A stretch of DNA of 64,000 nucleotides from Pseudomonadota bacterium (GTDB lineage: Bacteria > Pseudomonadota > Gammaproteobacteria > Acidiferrobacterales > UBA6901): assembly GCA_021819085.1 (NCBI GenBank), contig JAKASJ010000011.1, positions 13,604 through 77,603 on the forward strand, written 5' to 3'. The notes beneath the pieces are model-generated. The model had not been told where the DNA came from and did not search any database. It saw only the letters and a list, made by a program, of their open reading frames with translations. Below, piece by piece: positions 1 to 13,508 of this stretch (position 1 is its first letter; each line of letters begins with the position of its first letter). A program made the translations under genes and the position numbers.

Positions 1-1159
1 CATTTTCATCGAGCTGTCCGACGGTTGCGCCATGGGAACACATGACGTCATCAGCATAGATTTCCAGCTGCGGCTGGCTGTCGGCCTCGGCATCACGCGA
101 CAGCAGCAGGTTGTTGTTAACCTGGCGCGCGTCGCTTTTCTGCGCACCCGGGCGCACGATAATGCGTCCCCGGAACACCGTACGGCCGCGCCCCGACAGC
201 ACGCCGCGGTAGAATTCACGGCTCGTGCAGTGCGACTGGGCATGATCGATATGCGTATGGTTGTCGATGTGCTGCCTGTCGGTGGCGAGGTAGAGGCCGT
301 TGAGATGGCACTCCCCTCCGCTGTCCGCGAGCACTGCGCGCAGATCATTGCGGACCAGTCGCCCGCCGAGATCCAGCGCATGGGTGGTGACCCGGCTCGA
401 CCGGTTGATCTGCATGTGCACACCACTGACGTGAAACGCCGTGCGGTTTTCGTCCTGCACGCGGTAATGTTCCACCGTGGCGTTGTCCGCCGCGAAGATT
501 TCGGTCAGGCTGTTCGTGAAATACGCCATCTCCCCGACCGCCGCGTAGTGCTCGACGATCGTGACCTGGCTGTCCCTTTCTGCAATGATCAGGTTGCGCG
601 GCAGCAGCAGCGCCCCATTGGCCGTCGCCAGGTACAGCACATGGATGGGCTGCTCCATCCTGGTCCCGGCACTAATACGGACGAAGGTACCGTCGGACAG
701 CAGCGCGGTGTTGAGCGCGATGAAGCCGTGGCTATCGTCCGGGATGTACCGCCCAAGATGTGCTGCGAGCACCTGCGGCTGGCTGATCAGGGCATCGGCG
801 AGGGTTGTTACCGTCGCGCCCCTGGGCACACCGCCTAGATCCGAAAGCGGCGCGCTGAAGCGGCCATCGATGAACACCAGCCGCGGTCCGGAAACGCCAT
901 CGAGCCGGAACTGGCTGGCATCCGGGATCCGAGGGGTTGCCGCATCGAGAGGCAGAGGCATGAAGGCGGCGCGCTCGATCGGCCGCACATCGGTATATTT
1001 CCAGTCTTCATCCTGTTGCAGAGGGAACCCCAAATCGGCGAAACGGGCGACAGCCGACTCCCTGAGCGTGCGCAACCATGCCGCTTCACGCGCGACGTCG
1101 TGACGCTCGTGCATGACCTGCACGTATCTGGCAGCGGTATCTGGCGCAGGGTTGCTCAT
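1..1159 (-). CDS. sufD: Fe-S cluster assembly protein SufD, 3' end runs off the window start
   Basis: Absent from the ORF track because its stop lies outside the window. My minus-strand translation from the ATG at 1159-1157 gives MSNPAPDTAARYVQVMHERHDVAREAAWLRTLRESAVARFADLGFPLQQDEDWKYTDVRPIERAAF. In the same frame at the window edge it reads QLEIYADDVMCSHGATVGQLDEN, the conserved SufB/D C-terminal motif. ATGA overlap with the sufC stop. Confidence 0.85.
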   Translation of the reverse strand, partial: MSNPAPDTAARYVQVMHERHDVAREAAWLRTLRESAVARFADLGFPLQQDEDWKYTDVRPIERAAFMPLPLDAATPRIPDASQFRLDGVSGPRLVFIDGRFSAPLSDLGGVPRGATVTTLADALISQPQVLAAHLGRYIPDDSHGFIALNTALLSDGTFVRISAGTRMEQPIHVLYLATANGALLLPRNLIIAERDSQVTIVEHYAAVGEMAYFTNSLTEIFAADNATVEHYRVQDENRTAFHVSGVHMQINRSSRVTTHALDLGGRLVRNDLRAVLADSGGECHLNGLYLATDRQHIDNHTHIDHAQSHCTSREFYRGVLSGRGRTVFRGRIIVRPGAQKSDARQVNNNLLLSRDAEADSQPQLEIYADDVMCSHGATVGQLDEN

Positions 1160-1929
1160 CGCCCATCCTGCATTGTGGCCGGGGCCGGTGCCGGGGTCAG
1201 GTCCGCGTATCCCGTGCGTTCGAGTTCGAGCGCCAGGGCGCGATCTCCCGACTTGACGATGCGACCACCAACGAGCACGTGCACCACATCAGGTACGACA
1301 TAGTCGAGAAGACGCTGATAATGGGTTATCAGAAGAAACGCCCGGTCCGGACTGCGCAGCGCATTGACACCTGCCGCCACGACCTGCAGGGCGTCGATGT
1401 CTAGCCCGGAATCCGTCTCGTCCAGGATCGCGAGGTACGGCGCGAGCACCGCCATCTGCAGGATCTCGCGGCGCTTTTTCTCTCCGCCGGAAAAGCTTTC
1501 GTTGACGGAACGGTATAGCAGCTCCTCTTTCATCTCCACGAGCTGCATGCGGTCCTTGACCAGGGCAAGGAAATCCATCGCATCGAGCTCCTGCTCGCCG
1601 CGGGATTTGCGCACCGCGTTGAGCGCGGCTTTCAGCAGATAGATATTGCTGACCCCGGGGATCTCCACGGGGTACTGGAACGCGAGAAACACGCCTGCGC
1701 GGGCGCGCCCCTCGGGTGGCATTTGCAGCAGATCGACATCCCGGTATTTCACTGTCCCCCGAGTCACCTGATACCGGTCACGGCCGGCAAGCACGTTCGC
1801 GAGCGTGCTTTTTCCGGAGCCGTTCGGGCCCATGATGGCATGCACCTCGCCGGCATTGATCTGCAGGTCGATGCCCCGCAGTATTTCCTTGCCGTCACAA
1901 CTCGCGTGCAAATCCGTGATTGTCAGCAT
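1156..1929 (-). CDS. sufC: Fe-S cluster assembly ATPase SufC
   Basis: ORF 1156..2196 trimmed to the internal ATG at aa 90 (MLTITDLHASCDGKEILRGIDL). Walker A GPNGSGKST, ABC signature FSGGEKKR, Walker B ILDETDSGLD. Lies between sufB and sufD. Confidence 0.93.
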   Translation of the reverse strand: MLTITDLHASCDGKEILRGIDLQINAGEVHAIMGPNGSGKSTLANVLAGRDRYQVTRGTVKYRDVDLLQMPPEGRARAGVFLAFQYPVEIPGVSNIYLLKAALNAVRKSRGEQELDAMDFLALVKDRMQLVEMKEELLYRSVNESFSGGEKKRREILQMAVLAPYLAILDETDSGLDIDALQVVAAGVNALRSPDRAFLLITHYQRLLDYVVPDVVHVLVGGRIVKSGDRALALELERTGYADLTPAPAPATMQDGR

Positions 1930-1969
1930 TCTGTTCTCCTGTGCACCGCACCGTTGGGCATCGGCCACG

Positions 1970-3418
<1,449 letters not shown>

Positions 3419-3516
3419 GGCAACCTCTGCACTCACTCTGACCGGCATGACGGCCCGGACAGATCGTGACCTGCTACCGCGGTCGGGAAAAATCCCGACT
3501 TTATCGGTCGGGAAAT

Positions 3517-3552
3517 AGAATACGAAACCATACTATAATAGTCAACTATTAT
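3517..3552 (-). promoter_or_regulatory. Putative sigma70 promoter of sufBCD overlapped by a perfect AT-rich inverted repeat (operator candidate)
   Basis: Minus strand reads TTGACT (3545-3540), 17 nt, TATTCT (3522-3517), 70-100 nt upstream of sufB. The palindrome ATAATAGT-CA-ACTATTAT (3535-3552, 8+2+8) covers the -35 element. It is an AT island in otherwise GC-rich DNA. Confidence 0.4.
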
Positions 3553-3761
3553 TCAGGGAGCGTCCTAACCGATACGGACAACGTATAAAATACATTTATA
3601 ATCAATACTTTGATCTGGATTTGGTGACGCAAACGTTTGATGCGGAATGGGGCCCGAGGAATCGGCGCCACCGAGGCACTCGGAGGTACGGCCTTTTCAG
3701 GAAGTGAGGCCGGAGAGATCCGCAACAGGCCGCAATGGACCCGGGGGGGCCTCCCCAGCCG

Positions 3762-4226
3762 CTAGAGGTCGCGCGCCAGAATGATGGCGTCTTCTCGTCC
3801 CTTGCGCGCCGGATAATAGCCCCGGCGCGTTCCGATTTCATGGAATCCGAGTTTGCTGTAGACGTGATACGCCACCGGGTTCGAAACGCGCACCTCCAGC
3901 AACGCGGTCTTGGCATGACGCGAGCGTGCGATTTCCAGCATCTGCGAGGTCAGTTCGGTGCCATAACCCTTTCCCTGACTCTGCGGATGAATGCAGATAT
4001 TCAGCAAGTGACATTCGCCCGCGCCCAGCGACATGATTCCATGACCAATGACCCCGCTGCTACCGCTGAGGACCTTACAGACATAGCCGAACCGGATGCA
4101 GTCCCGGAAGATGCCGAAAGTCCACGGAAATTCATAGGCGGCGAGTTCCACCTCCATGACCGTCGGGAGGTCTTCTTCGCGCATGTTGCGCAGCCGTACC
4201 TGACGCCGGAAGGCGACGGCGCTCAC
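3762..4226 (-). CDS. rimI: Ribosomal-protein-S18-alanine N-acetyltransferase (GNAT)
   Basis: 154 aa with a GNAT acetyl-CoA motif (HLLNICIHPQSQGKGYGTEL). GTG start overlapping the udg stop (GTGA). The rimI/udg pairing is common in proteobacteria. Confidence 0.8.
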   Translation of the reverse strand: MSAVAFRRQVRLRNMREEDLPTVMEVELAAYEFPWTFGIFRDCIRFGYVCKVLSGSSGVIGHGIMSLGAGECHLLNICIHPQSQGKGYGTELTSQMLEIARSRHAKTALLEVRVSNPVAYHVYSKLGFHEIGTRRGYYPARKGREDAIILARDL

Positions 4227-4978
4227 GGAGCAGCCTCCACGAGCCTCCGTGCCAAGCGCAGGTCCTCCCAGGCCTTGCGTTTGTCGGCCGGATTGCGCAG
4301 CAGGTAGGCCGGATGGTAGGTCACGACCAACGGAATGTCGTGATAGTTCAGCTGCTGACCGCGCAGCTTACCGAGCGCCAGTTCCGTCCTGAGCAGACTG
4401 TGTGCAGCATGCCGCCCGAGGGCGACGATCATACGCGGCTGGACCAGCTCGATCTGGCGCACGAGATAGGGTTCGCATTGCTGCACTTCGTCGGGTTGAG
4501 GATCGCGGTTATTGGGTGGGCGGCACTTGAGCACATTGGCAATGTACACTTCTTCGCGCGCGAGCCCGGTTGCAAACAGCATGGCGTTGAGCAATTGGCC
4601 GGCCCGTCCCACGAACGGCTCGCCCTGTCTGTCCTCTTCGGAACCCGGCGCCTCTCCAATGAACACCCACCGCGCATGGCGGTTCCCCGTACCGAAAACG
4701 GTCCGGGTGCGCTCCAGATGCAGACGGCACTTCGTGCAACTGCTAACCGCCTGTTCCAGTGCCCCCCAGTCCATTCCGGAAACTGCCGGCTGCCCGCAGC
4801 CCGCGGCAGGCTGAATCGACGGTCGCTGATCCTCCGCGCGAACCGTTCCCCCGGGCGGGAACCCGCAGTTTTCCAGAGCTCCGGGACCCGGATGCGCGGC
4901 ATGCCGCGTGCGACGCTCCCATGCCCGGATGCCCATGGCCGCCAGATACTGTCTTCTGAGGTAGTCGTGCAAAACCAT
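4223..4978 (-). CDS. Uracil-DNA glycosylase, family 4
   Basis: Motifs [24 protein letters not shown] and [17 protein letters not shown], and an upstream CTKCRL Cys pair. The start is uncertain: ATG at 4978 ([12 protein letters not shown]) versus the longest-ORF ATG at 5065. Neither has a clear SD. Confidence 0.85.
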   Translation of the reverse strand: MVLHDYLRRQYLAAMGIRAWERRTRHAAHPGPGALENCGFPPGGTVRAEDQRPSIQPAAGCGQPAVSGMDWGALEQAVSSCTKCRLHLERTRTVFGTGNRHARWVFIGEAPGSEEDRQGEPFVGRAGQLLNAMLFATGLAREEVYIANVLKCRPPNNRDPQPDEVQQCEPYLVRQIELVQPRMIVALGRHAAHSLLRTELALGKLRGQQLNYHDIPLVVTYHPAYLLRNPADKRKAWEDLRLARRLVEAAP

Positions 4979-5125
4979 ACGGAAAGGATAGCGCGGCTCC
5001 GATCGAACACAAAACCGGCAGGAACGCGGCACACCACTGATCGACGGTTTCCGTTGCCCTGCCATCCGCCCGACACCATCAGGATGGGTGCCACCACCCG
5101 GCCCGGCGTCTCAATGCCGGACTCG

Positions 5126-5151
5126 GGCTGCGGCCGGCCATGGCCGCAGCC
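5126..5151 (-). terminator. GC-rich perfect hairpin 17 nt downstream of the leuA stop (possible terminator or RNA-stability element)
   Basis: GGCTGCGGCC-ggccat-GGCCGCAGCC, a 10-bp perfect stem with a 6-nt loop. No U-tract follows on the minus strand, so it is not a canonical intrinsic terminator. Confidence 0.35.
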
Positions 5152-5168
5152 GGACAGACACACCTGGC

Positions 5169-6716
5169 TCAGATCGGCGTTCCGGCCTGCGGATGCGCGC
5201 GCTCGGCGGGAAGCACCAGTTTGTTCAGCGCGTTGAGATAGGCTTTGGCCGATGCAATGACGATATCGGTGTCGGCTCCGTGGCCGTTGACGATCCGTCC
5301 CGCCCGTTCCAGGCGCACAGTCACCTCTCCCTGCGAATCGGTTCCGCTGGTTATGTTATTGACCGAGTAGAGAAGCAGTTGCGCTTCGCTACCGACCACC
5401 GCCTCGATGGCCCGAAACGAGGCGTCGACCGGGCCGCCGCCCTCCGCGCCCGCGGACTTCTGCGCACCCTGCACCGAGAGGGTTACCGCGGCATGCGGCC
5501 GCACGCCGGTTTCCGAACACACTTTCAGGCTCGTGAGCCGATACTGCTCGTCGACACCCTCGATCCCCTCCTCCGTAACCAGCGCCTGGATGTCCTCGTC
5601 GAATATCTCGTGCTTCTTGTCCGCAAGGTCCTTGAATCGCTCGAAAGCGGAGTTGAACTCTTCGTCGGTCTTGAACCCGATACCGAGTTCCTTCAGGCGT
5701 GTGCGGAATGCGTTGCGTCCCGAGTGCTTGCCGAGCACCATGCGGTTCGCGACCCAGCCGACGTCCTCGGCGCGCATGATTTCGTAAGTCTCGCGCTTCT
5801 TGATCACTCCGTCCTGGTGGATTCCGGATTCGTGGGCGAAAGCATTGGCCCCCACGATCGCCTTGTTCGGCTGCACGGCGAAGCCGGTGATGTTCGACAC
5901 CAGTCGGCTGGCAGGCACGATCTGCGTCGTATCGATGCGCGTGTCGCAGGAAAACAGGTCGCGGCGGGTGCGGACTGCCATGACCACTTCCTCCAGCGCC
6001 GCATTGCCGGCACGTTCTCCGAGGCCATTGATCGTACACTCGACCTGGCGTGCGCCGTTAAGCACGGCCGAAAGCGAGTTGGCCACCGCCAGGCCCAGAT
6101 CGTTATGGCAATGCACGGAGAACACCGCCTTGTCGGAATTGGGCACACGCTCGCGCAATGTCCTGATGAGGTCGCCGAACTGGCCAGGGAGATTATAGCC
6201 GACGGTATCCGGGATATTGACGGTACGTGCACCGGCGGTGATCACGGCCTCCAGCACGCGGCACAGAAAATCGGTCTCCGAGCGTCCGGCATCCTCGGGC
6301 GAGAATTCCACATCATCCGTGAACTGGCGCGCGTACTTTACCGCCTTGACCGCATCCTCGAGGACCTGCGCCGGCTCCATGCGCAGCTTCTCGCGCATGT
6401 GTATCGGCGAAGTCGCGATGAAGGTATGGATGCGGCCTGAACGGGCCGGCTTGATGGCCTCGGCCGCCCGGTCGATGTCCCTGACGATCGCGCGCGCGAG
6501 CGCGCATACCGTGCTGTCCTTGATTTCCTGCGCTACCGCCCTGACTGCCTCGAAATCCCCGGGGCTGGCAATGGGGAAACCGGCCTCGATGACGTCGACG
6601 CGCAGGCGCTCGAGATTCCTCGCAATTCGCACCTTCTCGTCACGGGTCATTGATGCGCCGGGACTCTGCTCCCCGTCGCGCAACGTCGTATCGAATACGA
6701 TCAACTGGTCGTTCAT
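5169..6716 (-). CDS. leuA: 2-isopropylmalate synthase
   Basis: 515 aa. [24 protein letters not shown]-terminus, [14 protein letters not shown] metal motif, C-terminal LeuA regulatory domain. Confidence 0.95.
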   Translation of the reverse strand: MNDQLIVFDTTLRDGEQSPGASMTRDEKVRIARNLERLRVDVIEAGFPIASPGDFEAVRAVAQEIKDSTVCALARAIVRDIDRAAEAIKPARSGRIHTFIATSPIHMREKLRMEPAQVLEDAVKAVKYARQFTDDVEFSPEDAGRSETDFLCRVLEAVITAGARTVNIPDTVGYNLPGQFGDLIRTLRERVPNSDKAVFSVHCHNDLGLAVANSLSAVLNGARQVECTINGLGERAGNAALEEVVMAVRTRRDLFSCDTRIDTTQIVPASRLVSNITGFAVQPNKAIVGANAFAHESGIHQDGVIKKRETYEIMRAEDVGWVANRMVLGKHSGRNAFRTRLKELGIGFKTDEEFNSAFERFKDLADKKHEIFDEDIQALVTEEGIEGVDEQYRLTSLKVCSETGVRPHAAVTLSVQGAQKSAGAEGGGPVDASFRAIEAVVGSEAQLLLYSVNNITSGTDSQGEVTVRLERAGRIVNGHGADTDIVIASAKAYLNALNKLVLPAERAHPQAGTPI

Positions 6717-6968
6717 CCTGCGTTCTCCTCGCAGGCACCCCTTCGGGTACCTGCCGGCATTCGTTCAACGATGGGTGTCTGGTCGCGTGTTTTGGTCCTC
6801 GCCAGGAACAAGTCGGAGTCTTATGCGCTTGCGCGCAGCAGTCGGCAGGAAAGCAGGAAGGAATCCAGGCGGGCGCAACGTCCGCGGAAGCGGGACGCTA
6901 GATTGAAACTCCGGACACGGAGGGCATCGGTAACCATGTTGATAAATATAAACCAGGAAGGCCGATTT

Positions 6969-7745
6969 TCAAAGCCTCGGACCGCCAAGCTCGCGGTGGC
7001 TCAGGCGACGGTAGAACCGGAAGGACGCCAGCAGCGGGCCCGACAGCGAGTAAAACAGAAACATGATAAACAACACCTGCGGGGGATCGAGCGATATCAG
7101 CACAAACACGAGCACTACGGCGAGAATCGCGACGAACGAGACACGCCCCTTGAGATCCAGGTATTTGAAGCTGAAGTAGCGGATGTTGCTGACCATGGCG
7201 CCGGCGGCAAAGACGGTGAAGCCGAGGGCCACGAAGCGCCAGTCCTTGCCCGGCGCGCCGTAGCTGTGCAGCGTCCACACCAGGCCGACCACCAATGCCG
7301 CGGCCGAGGGGCTCGGCAGTCCCTGGAAATTATGGCTGTCGGAGTGGCCCAGCTGGGTGTTGAACCGGGCGAGTCGCAGCGCCGCTGCTGCGGCATAGAG
7401 AAACGCCGCCAGCCAGCCGAGCTTGCCCAGGCCCGACAGGGCCCATTCGTAGATCACCAGTGCCGGTGCCAGACCGAACGATACCATGTCCGAAAGACTG
7501 TCATACTCGGCACCGAAATCGCTCTCGGTGTGGGTCCAGCGTGCAACCCGCCCGTCCAGACCGTCCATGATCATGGCGATGAACACCGCGACCGGTGCAT
7601 GCCCGAATCGGCCATTCATCGCCTGCACGATGGCGTAGAAACCCGCGAACAGACTGGCCGTGGTGAACAGGTTGGGCAGTATATAAATGCCCTTGCGCTC
7701 GTGCTTTTCGTGCACCCCATCGCCCCGCGCGTTGTCTGTCTTCAT
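6969..7745 (-). CDS. pssA: CDP-diacylglycerol--serine O-phosphatidyltransferase
   Basis: ORF 6969..8006 trimmed to aa 88 (MKTDNARG). CDP-alcohol phosphatidyltransferase motif DGLDGRVARWTHTESDFGAEYDSLSD. Multiple TM segments. The upstream part of the ORF overlaps psd. Confidence 0.9.
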   Translation of the reverse strand: MKTDNARGDGVHEKHERKGIYILPNLFTTASLFAGFYAIVQAMNGRFGHAPVAVFIAMIMDGLDGRVARWTHTESDFGAEYDSLSDMVSFGLAPALVIYEWALSGLGKLGWLAAFLYAAAAALRLARFNTQLGHSDSHNFQGLPSPSAAALVVGLVWTLHSYGAPGKDWRFVALGFTVFAAGAMVSNIRYFSFKYLDLKGRVSFVAILAVVLVFVLISLDPPQVLFIMFLFYSLSGPLLASFRFYRRLSHRELGGPRL

Positions 7746-7791
7746 AACGAAGAATCTAGCATATATAAAGCTGCCCGCCCGAATATCCGGG

Positions 7792-8442
7792 TCATTGCGG
7801 GAGAAACCCGAGGATGTCCCGGCCACCTGCCACCCGGTCGCCCAGGGCCACGCGGACCTCGCAGGCAGCCGGAAGATAGACATCGACGCGTGACCCGAAA
7901 CGGATGAAGCCGTAGCGTTCGCCGCGTTGTACCCGGACCCCTTCCTGGACGTAGCACAGGATGCGGCGCGCGATGAGCCCGGCGACCTGCACGACCACGA
8001 CCTCACTGCCCTCGTCGGTGCGTATCAACAGCGCATTGCGCTCATTGTCGCGCGAGGCCTTGTCGAGAGCGGCGTTGACGAAGCTGCCGGGGTGATACCA
8101 GCGGCCCTCGATCGCCCCGGATACCGGAATGCGGTTGGCATGGACGTTGAACACGTTCATGAAGATGCTTACGCGCCGGGCGGTGCGATCGAGGTAAGGG
8201 TCGCGAACCTCGTCGACCGCAATGACCCGGCCGTCGGCCGGGCATATGACCGCCCGCGCCGCCTGCGGAATGCGTCGTGGCGGATCGCGGAAAAACTGGA
8301 CGACGAACAGGCACAGCAGCCACAGCGGCAGCGCCCACAACCAGCCCGCCAGCCACTGAACGATCGCGGCGACCGCCACGGCGACTGCGACATGAACCCA
8401 GCCCTCCCGGGCCAGGATGAACTGGCGCGGGCGCTCAGTCAT
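7792..8442 (-). CDS. psd: Phosphatidylserine decarboxylase proenzyme (short type)
   Basis: 216 aa with an N-terminal TM region and a C-terminal [13 protein letters not shown] (Gly-Ser self-cleavage region). Adjacent to pssA. Confidence 0.85.
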   Translation of the reverse strand: MTERPRQFILAREGWVHVAVAVAVAAIVQWLAGWLWALPLWLLCLFVVQFFRDPPRRIPQAARAVICPADGRVIAVDEVRDPYLDRTARRVSIFMNVFNVHANRIPVSGAIEGRWYHPGSFVNAALDKASRDNERNALLIRTDEGSEVVVVQVAGLIARRILCYVQEGVRVQRGERYGFIRFGSRVDVYLPAACEVRVALGDRVAGGRDILGFLPQ

Positions 8443-8478
8443 GGATGCATCCGCCGGCGCACGGGCAATGCGGATATT

Positions 8479-9600
<1,122 letters not shown>

Positions 9601-10092
9601 CTACAGGTGCAGCCCCTTGTCGCCGCGGGCGATGGCGGACGGTCCCGACCGGACCACCTCGATTATACCGGCCTTTCCCAGCGTCTGGAGGAACGCATCC
9701 AGCTTGTCCCCGGTACCGGTGAGCTCGATCGTGTAGGCTCTGTCCGTCACATCGATGATCCGGCCACGGAATATGTCGGACAGACGCTTCACTTCCTCGC
9801 GCGCGCCATCGGTTGCCTCGACCTTGATCAACAGCATCTCGCGCTCGATGTGCGCGCCTTCAGTCAGGTCTACGAGCTTGACCACGTCCAGCAGCTTGTT
9901 GAGCTGCTTGGTGATCTGTTCGATGATCTCGTCGGATCCGCGCGTCACCAGAGTCATGCGCGAAAGCGTCGGATCCTCGGTTGCCGCGACGGTCAGCGAT
10001 TCTATGTTATAGCCGCGCGCCGAAAACAGTCCGGCCACGCGCGACAGCGCGCCCGATTCGTTCTCCAGCAGAAGCGATATGATGTGGCGCAT
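9601..10092 (-). CDS. ilvH: Acetolactate synthase small (regulatory) subunit
   Basis: 163 aa. ACT-domain N-terminus MRHIISLLLENESGALSRVAGLFSARGYNIESLTV. Its start overlaps the ilvI stop by 1 nt. Confidence 0.94.
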   Translation of the reverse strand: MRHIISLLLENESGALSRVAGLFSARGYNIESLTVAATEDPTLSRMTLVTRGSDEIIEQITKQLNKLLDVVKLVDLTEGAHIEREMLLIKVEATDGAREEVKRLSDIFRGRIIDVTDRAYTIELTGTGDKLDAFLQTLGKAGIIEVVRSGPSAIARGDKGLHL

Positions 10093-11825
10093 TACGCAAG
10101 CTCCCGCTCGGCGCTGGTATCGCGGCGGCAGGGGGACAGCTGCATCTCATGCTGGCCCTTGCCCGCCGCGATCATCGGATAGACGTTTTCCGTCTGATCG
10201 GTAATGAAATCCATGAAAACCAGGCGGTCCTTGAGCTTGAAGGCCTCCTTCAGGGCGCCTTCGACGTCAGACGGCTTGTCGATCTGCATGCCCACGTGGC
10301 CGTAGCTTTCCGCAAGCTTGATGAAGTCCGGAAGCGCGTCCATGTACGAATGCGAGTAGCGGCGATCGTAGAAGAATTCCTGCCACTGTCGCACCATGCC
10401 CATGTAGCGGTTGTTCAGATTCACGATCTTGATCGGCAGGCTGTACTGCTTGCAGGTCGAAAGCTCCTGGATACACATCTGGATGCTCGCTTCGCCGGTG
10501 ACGCAGACGACAGTTTCCCCCGGATGCGCGAACTGCGCACCGATCGCCGCCGGCAACCCGAATCCCATGGTCCCGAGACCCCCGGAATTAATCCAGCGGC
10601 GCGGCTTGTCGAATTTGTAGAACTGCGCGGCCCACATCTGATGCTGCCCGACATCGGAGGTGACGAACGCATCCCCCCGGGTCAGCTCGTAGAGCTTCTC
10701 AAGCACGGCCTGGGGTTTGATCACCTTGTCGCTATGCTCGTATTTCAGGCATTCGAGGCTGCGCCATTCGTTGATCTGCTTCCACCACGCCTGAAGGGCC
10801 GCCTTGTCCGGACGCTGCTTGCTCTCCTTGACGAGCTTGATCATGTCCCTGAGCACGTTGTCCACCGATCCGACGATGGGGATCTCCACAGGCACGTTCT
10901 TGGAGATGGATGAAGGGTCGATGTCCACATGGACAATGCGCGCGTGCGGGCAGAACTTGCTCAGTTCGCCCGTGACGCGGTCGTCGAAACGCGCGCCGAT
11001 GGCGACCAGCACGTCGCACTCATGCATCGCCATGTTGGCTTCATAGGTGCCGTGCATCCCGAGCATTCCGACAAACAGCGGGTCTGTGGCGGGAAACGCG
11101 CCCAGACCCATGAGCGTATTGGTGCAGGGATAGCCGAGCAGGCGCACGAACTCGGTGAGCTGCTTCGAGCTCTCGCCGAGAATCACACCTCCCCCCGTAT
11201 AGATCATGGGGCGTTTGGCCTGCATGATCAGATCCACCGCCTTGCGGATCTGGCCCGAATGTCCCTTGGTGACGGGGGAATAGGAGCGCAGCGAAACCGA
11301 CTTGGGATAGTGGTATTCCGTCTTGTGCGCAGTGACGTCCTTGGGAATGTCCACGACCACGGGTCCGGGACGACCGGTGGTGGCGATGTAAAACGCCTTC
11401 TTTATGGTTTCCGCCAGATTCTTGACGTCCTTCACCAGAAAATTGTGCTTGACGCAGGGGCGCGTGATGCCGACCGCGTCGACTTCCTGGAACGCATCGT
11501 TGCCGATCAGGCTGGTGGCGACCTGGCCGCTGAATACCACGATCGGAATCGAGTCCATGTAGGCGGTGGCGATACCGGTGACGGTATTGGTCACGCCTGG
11601 TCCGGAGGTCACCAGCACCACCCCGGGCTTGCCGCTGGAACGCGCGTACCCGTCCGCCGCATGGGCGGCACCCTGCTCATGCCGGACCAGGACATGCTTT
11701 ACCTCGTCCTGCTTGTAAAGCGCGTCGTAAATGTGAAGTGACGCCCCTCCCGGATAGCCGAACACATACTCAACACCCTCGTCGCGCAAGCAGCGGACAA
11801 AGATCTCTGCACCCGTCAATTCCAC
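10092..11825 (-). CDS. ilvI: Acetolactate synthase large (catalytic) subunit
   Basis: 577 aa. ThDP-enzyme motifs GYPGGASLHIYDAL and GGLGTMGFGLPAAIGA. GTG start. Confidence 0.95.
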   Translation of the reverse strand: MELTGAEIFVRCLRDEGVEYVFGYPGGASLHIYDALYKQDEVKHVLVRHEQGAAHAADGYARSSGKPGVVLVTSGPGVTNTVTGIATAYMDSIPIVVFSGQVATSLIGNDAFQEVDAVGITRPCVKHNFLVKDVKNLAETIKKAFYIATTGRPGPVVVDIPKDVTAHKTEYHYPKSVSLRSYSPVTKGHSGQIRKAVDLIMQAKRPMIYTGGGVILGESSKQLTEFVRLLGYPCTNTLMGLGAFPATDPLFVGMLGMHGTYEANMAMHECDVLVAIGARFDDRVTGELSKFCPHARIVHVDIDPSSISKNVPVEIPIVGSVDNVLRDMIKLVKESKQRPDKAALQAWWKQINEWRSLECLKYEHSDKVIKPQAVLEKLYELTRGDAFVTSDVGQHQMWAAQFYKFDKPRRWINSGGLGTMGFGLPAAIGAQFAHPGETVVCVTGEASIQMCIQELSTCKQYSLPIKIVNLNNRYMGMVRQWQEFFYDRRYSHSYMDALPDFIKLAESYGHVGMQIDKPSDVEGALKEAFKLKDRLVFMDFITDQTENVYPMIAAGKGQHEMQLSPCRRDTSAERELA

Positions 11826-12009
11826 GGCACGTCCTCGGATGGGTCACGATGCCGGCGGAAATGGGCATCAACCCGGATTTTTGGAAACAAGTATGAGAAA
11901 TTACTTATAAGCGTCCCCAGGGTCAAGCCCGCGGGGGCAGAAAACCGCGAAATAGCGTGTTTGCTGAGCCACCCGGCCCGGAAAACCGCTTCCCGGGATC
12001 TACTGCGGT

Positions 12010-13407
12010 TCAGCTGCGACGCCAGGTGGTGCCCGCGCCGGCGTCTTCCAGGATGATTCCCTGACTTTTGAGTACGTCGCGGATGCGATCGGCCTCTGCC
12101 CAGTTCTTTGCGCGCCGGGCGGCCAGCCGCTGGTCGATCAGGCTCTCGATTTCGGCCGCCGAAGGCCCGGCTGCCGTGCCGCTCTGCAGAAAGACCTCGG
12201 GGTCATTCCGCAACAGCCCCAGGATTCCGGCCAATCGCCGCAGTTCGGCGGCGAGCGACGCCGCGGCAGCAGGCTCGGCTGCCTGCAGCCGATTGATTTC
12301 GCGGGCGATGTCGAAAAGCACTGCGATCGCCACGGGGGTATTGAAGTCGTCGTCCATGGCGGCGAAGAACTGCTGCGCATAGTCGGTCCTGGCCTGCGTC
12401 TCGGTGGCGCCGGTCGCCGGGGGGGCATGAATGTCCTTTAGCGACAGATACATCCGGGTGAGCGCTGCCTTGGCGTTGTCCAGCGATTCGTTGCTGTAGT
12501 TGAGCGGGCTGTGGTAATGGCTGGCCAGGATGAAGTAGCGCACCACCTCGGGATCGTAGTTCCTCATCACCTCGCGCAGCGTGAAGAAATTGCCCAGCGA
12601 CTTGGACATTTTCTCGTTGTCGACTCGCACAAAGCCGTTGTGCATCCAGACATTGACAAATTTCTCCCCGGTTGCTGCCTCGCTTTGCGCAATCTCGTTC
12701 TCGTGGTGAGGAAACTGCAGATCCAGACCGCCCCCGTGGATGTCGAAATGATGCCCGAGGCACGCGGTGGACATCGCCGAGCATTCGATGTGCCAGCCCG
12801 GGCGGCCCCGCCCCCAGGGCGAATCCCAGCTCGGCTCCCCGGACTTGGCCGCCTTCCAGAGGACGAAGTCCAGCGGGTCGTCCTTGGCTTCACCGGCCTC
12901 CACGCGCGCACCGACGCGCAGATCCTCCAGAGATTTCCCGGAAAGCTGTCCATAGGCCGGAAAGCGGCGCACGCGATAGTAGACATCCCCGTTTACGGCA
13001 ACGTAGGCGTAACCGCGGTCGATCAGGGTCTGAACCATCGAGATGATCTGCGGCATGTAGACCGTCGCCCTCGGCTCGGCATCCGGAGCGTCCACGCCAA
13101 GCGCGCTCGCATCCTCGTGCATTGCGAGCGTAAATCGTTCCGTCAGCGAACCGGTCGTCTCACCGTTGTCGTTGGCGCGGCGGATGATCTTGTCATCGAT
13201 GTCGGTGATATTGCGCACGTAATTGACACGGTAGCCGCGGGAACGCAGGTAGCGCACGATCATGTCGAATACGACCAGAACCCGTCCGTGACCCAGATGG
13301 CAGTAGTCGTAAACGGTCATGCCGCAAACGTACATGCGCACTTCGCCCGGAACGATCGGCTGGAAGGGTTCTTTTTTCCTGGTAAGGCTGTTGTATATCT
13401 GCAGCAT
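12010..13407 (-). CDS. cysS: Cysteine--tRNA ligase
   Basis: 465 aa. HIGH-type CHLGHGR and KMSKSLGN motifs. Confidence 0.96.
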   Translation of the reverse strand: MLQIYNSLTRKKEPFQPIVPGEVRMYVCGMTVYDYCHLGHGRVLVVFDMIVRYLRSRGYRVNYVRNITDIDDKIIRRANDNGETTGSLTERFTLAMHEDASALGVDAPDAEPRATVYMPQIISMVQTLIDRGYAYVAVNGDVYYRVRRFPAYGQLSGKSLEDLRVGARVEAGEAKDDPLDFVLWKAAKSGEPSWDSPWGRGRPGWHIECSAMSTACLGHHFDIHGGGLDLQFPHHENEIAQSEAATGEKFVNVWMHNGFVRVDNEKMSKSLGNFFTLREVMRNYDPEVVRYFILASHYHSPLNYSNESLDNAKAALTRMYLSLKDIHAPPATGATETQARTDYAQQFFAAMDDDFNTPVAIAVLFDIAREINRLQAAEPAAAASLAAELRRLAGILGLLRNDPEVFLQSGTAAGPSAAEIESLIDQRLAARRAKNWAEADRIRDVLKSQGIILEDAGAGTTWRRS

Positions 13408-13508
13408 AGTCTCGGATCCGGGCGACAGCCCCGGCAGTGGTGGTTTCGGGTATCGAAGACAGACAGTCTGCCGTCGTCATTGTGTGGGCAAGCGTCCTCG
13501 ACAGCAGG

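Noticed and set aside
3630-3639. A 10-bp perfect palindrome, CAAACGTTTG (LacI/PurR-like core), downstream of rimI.
   Set aside because: By my rough estimate (64,000 positions x 4^-5), tens of 10-bp perfect palindromes are expected by chance in 64 kb. The flanks do not extend the symmetry, and it sits about 180 nt upstream of sufB with no promoter context.
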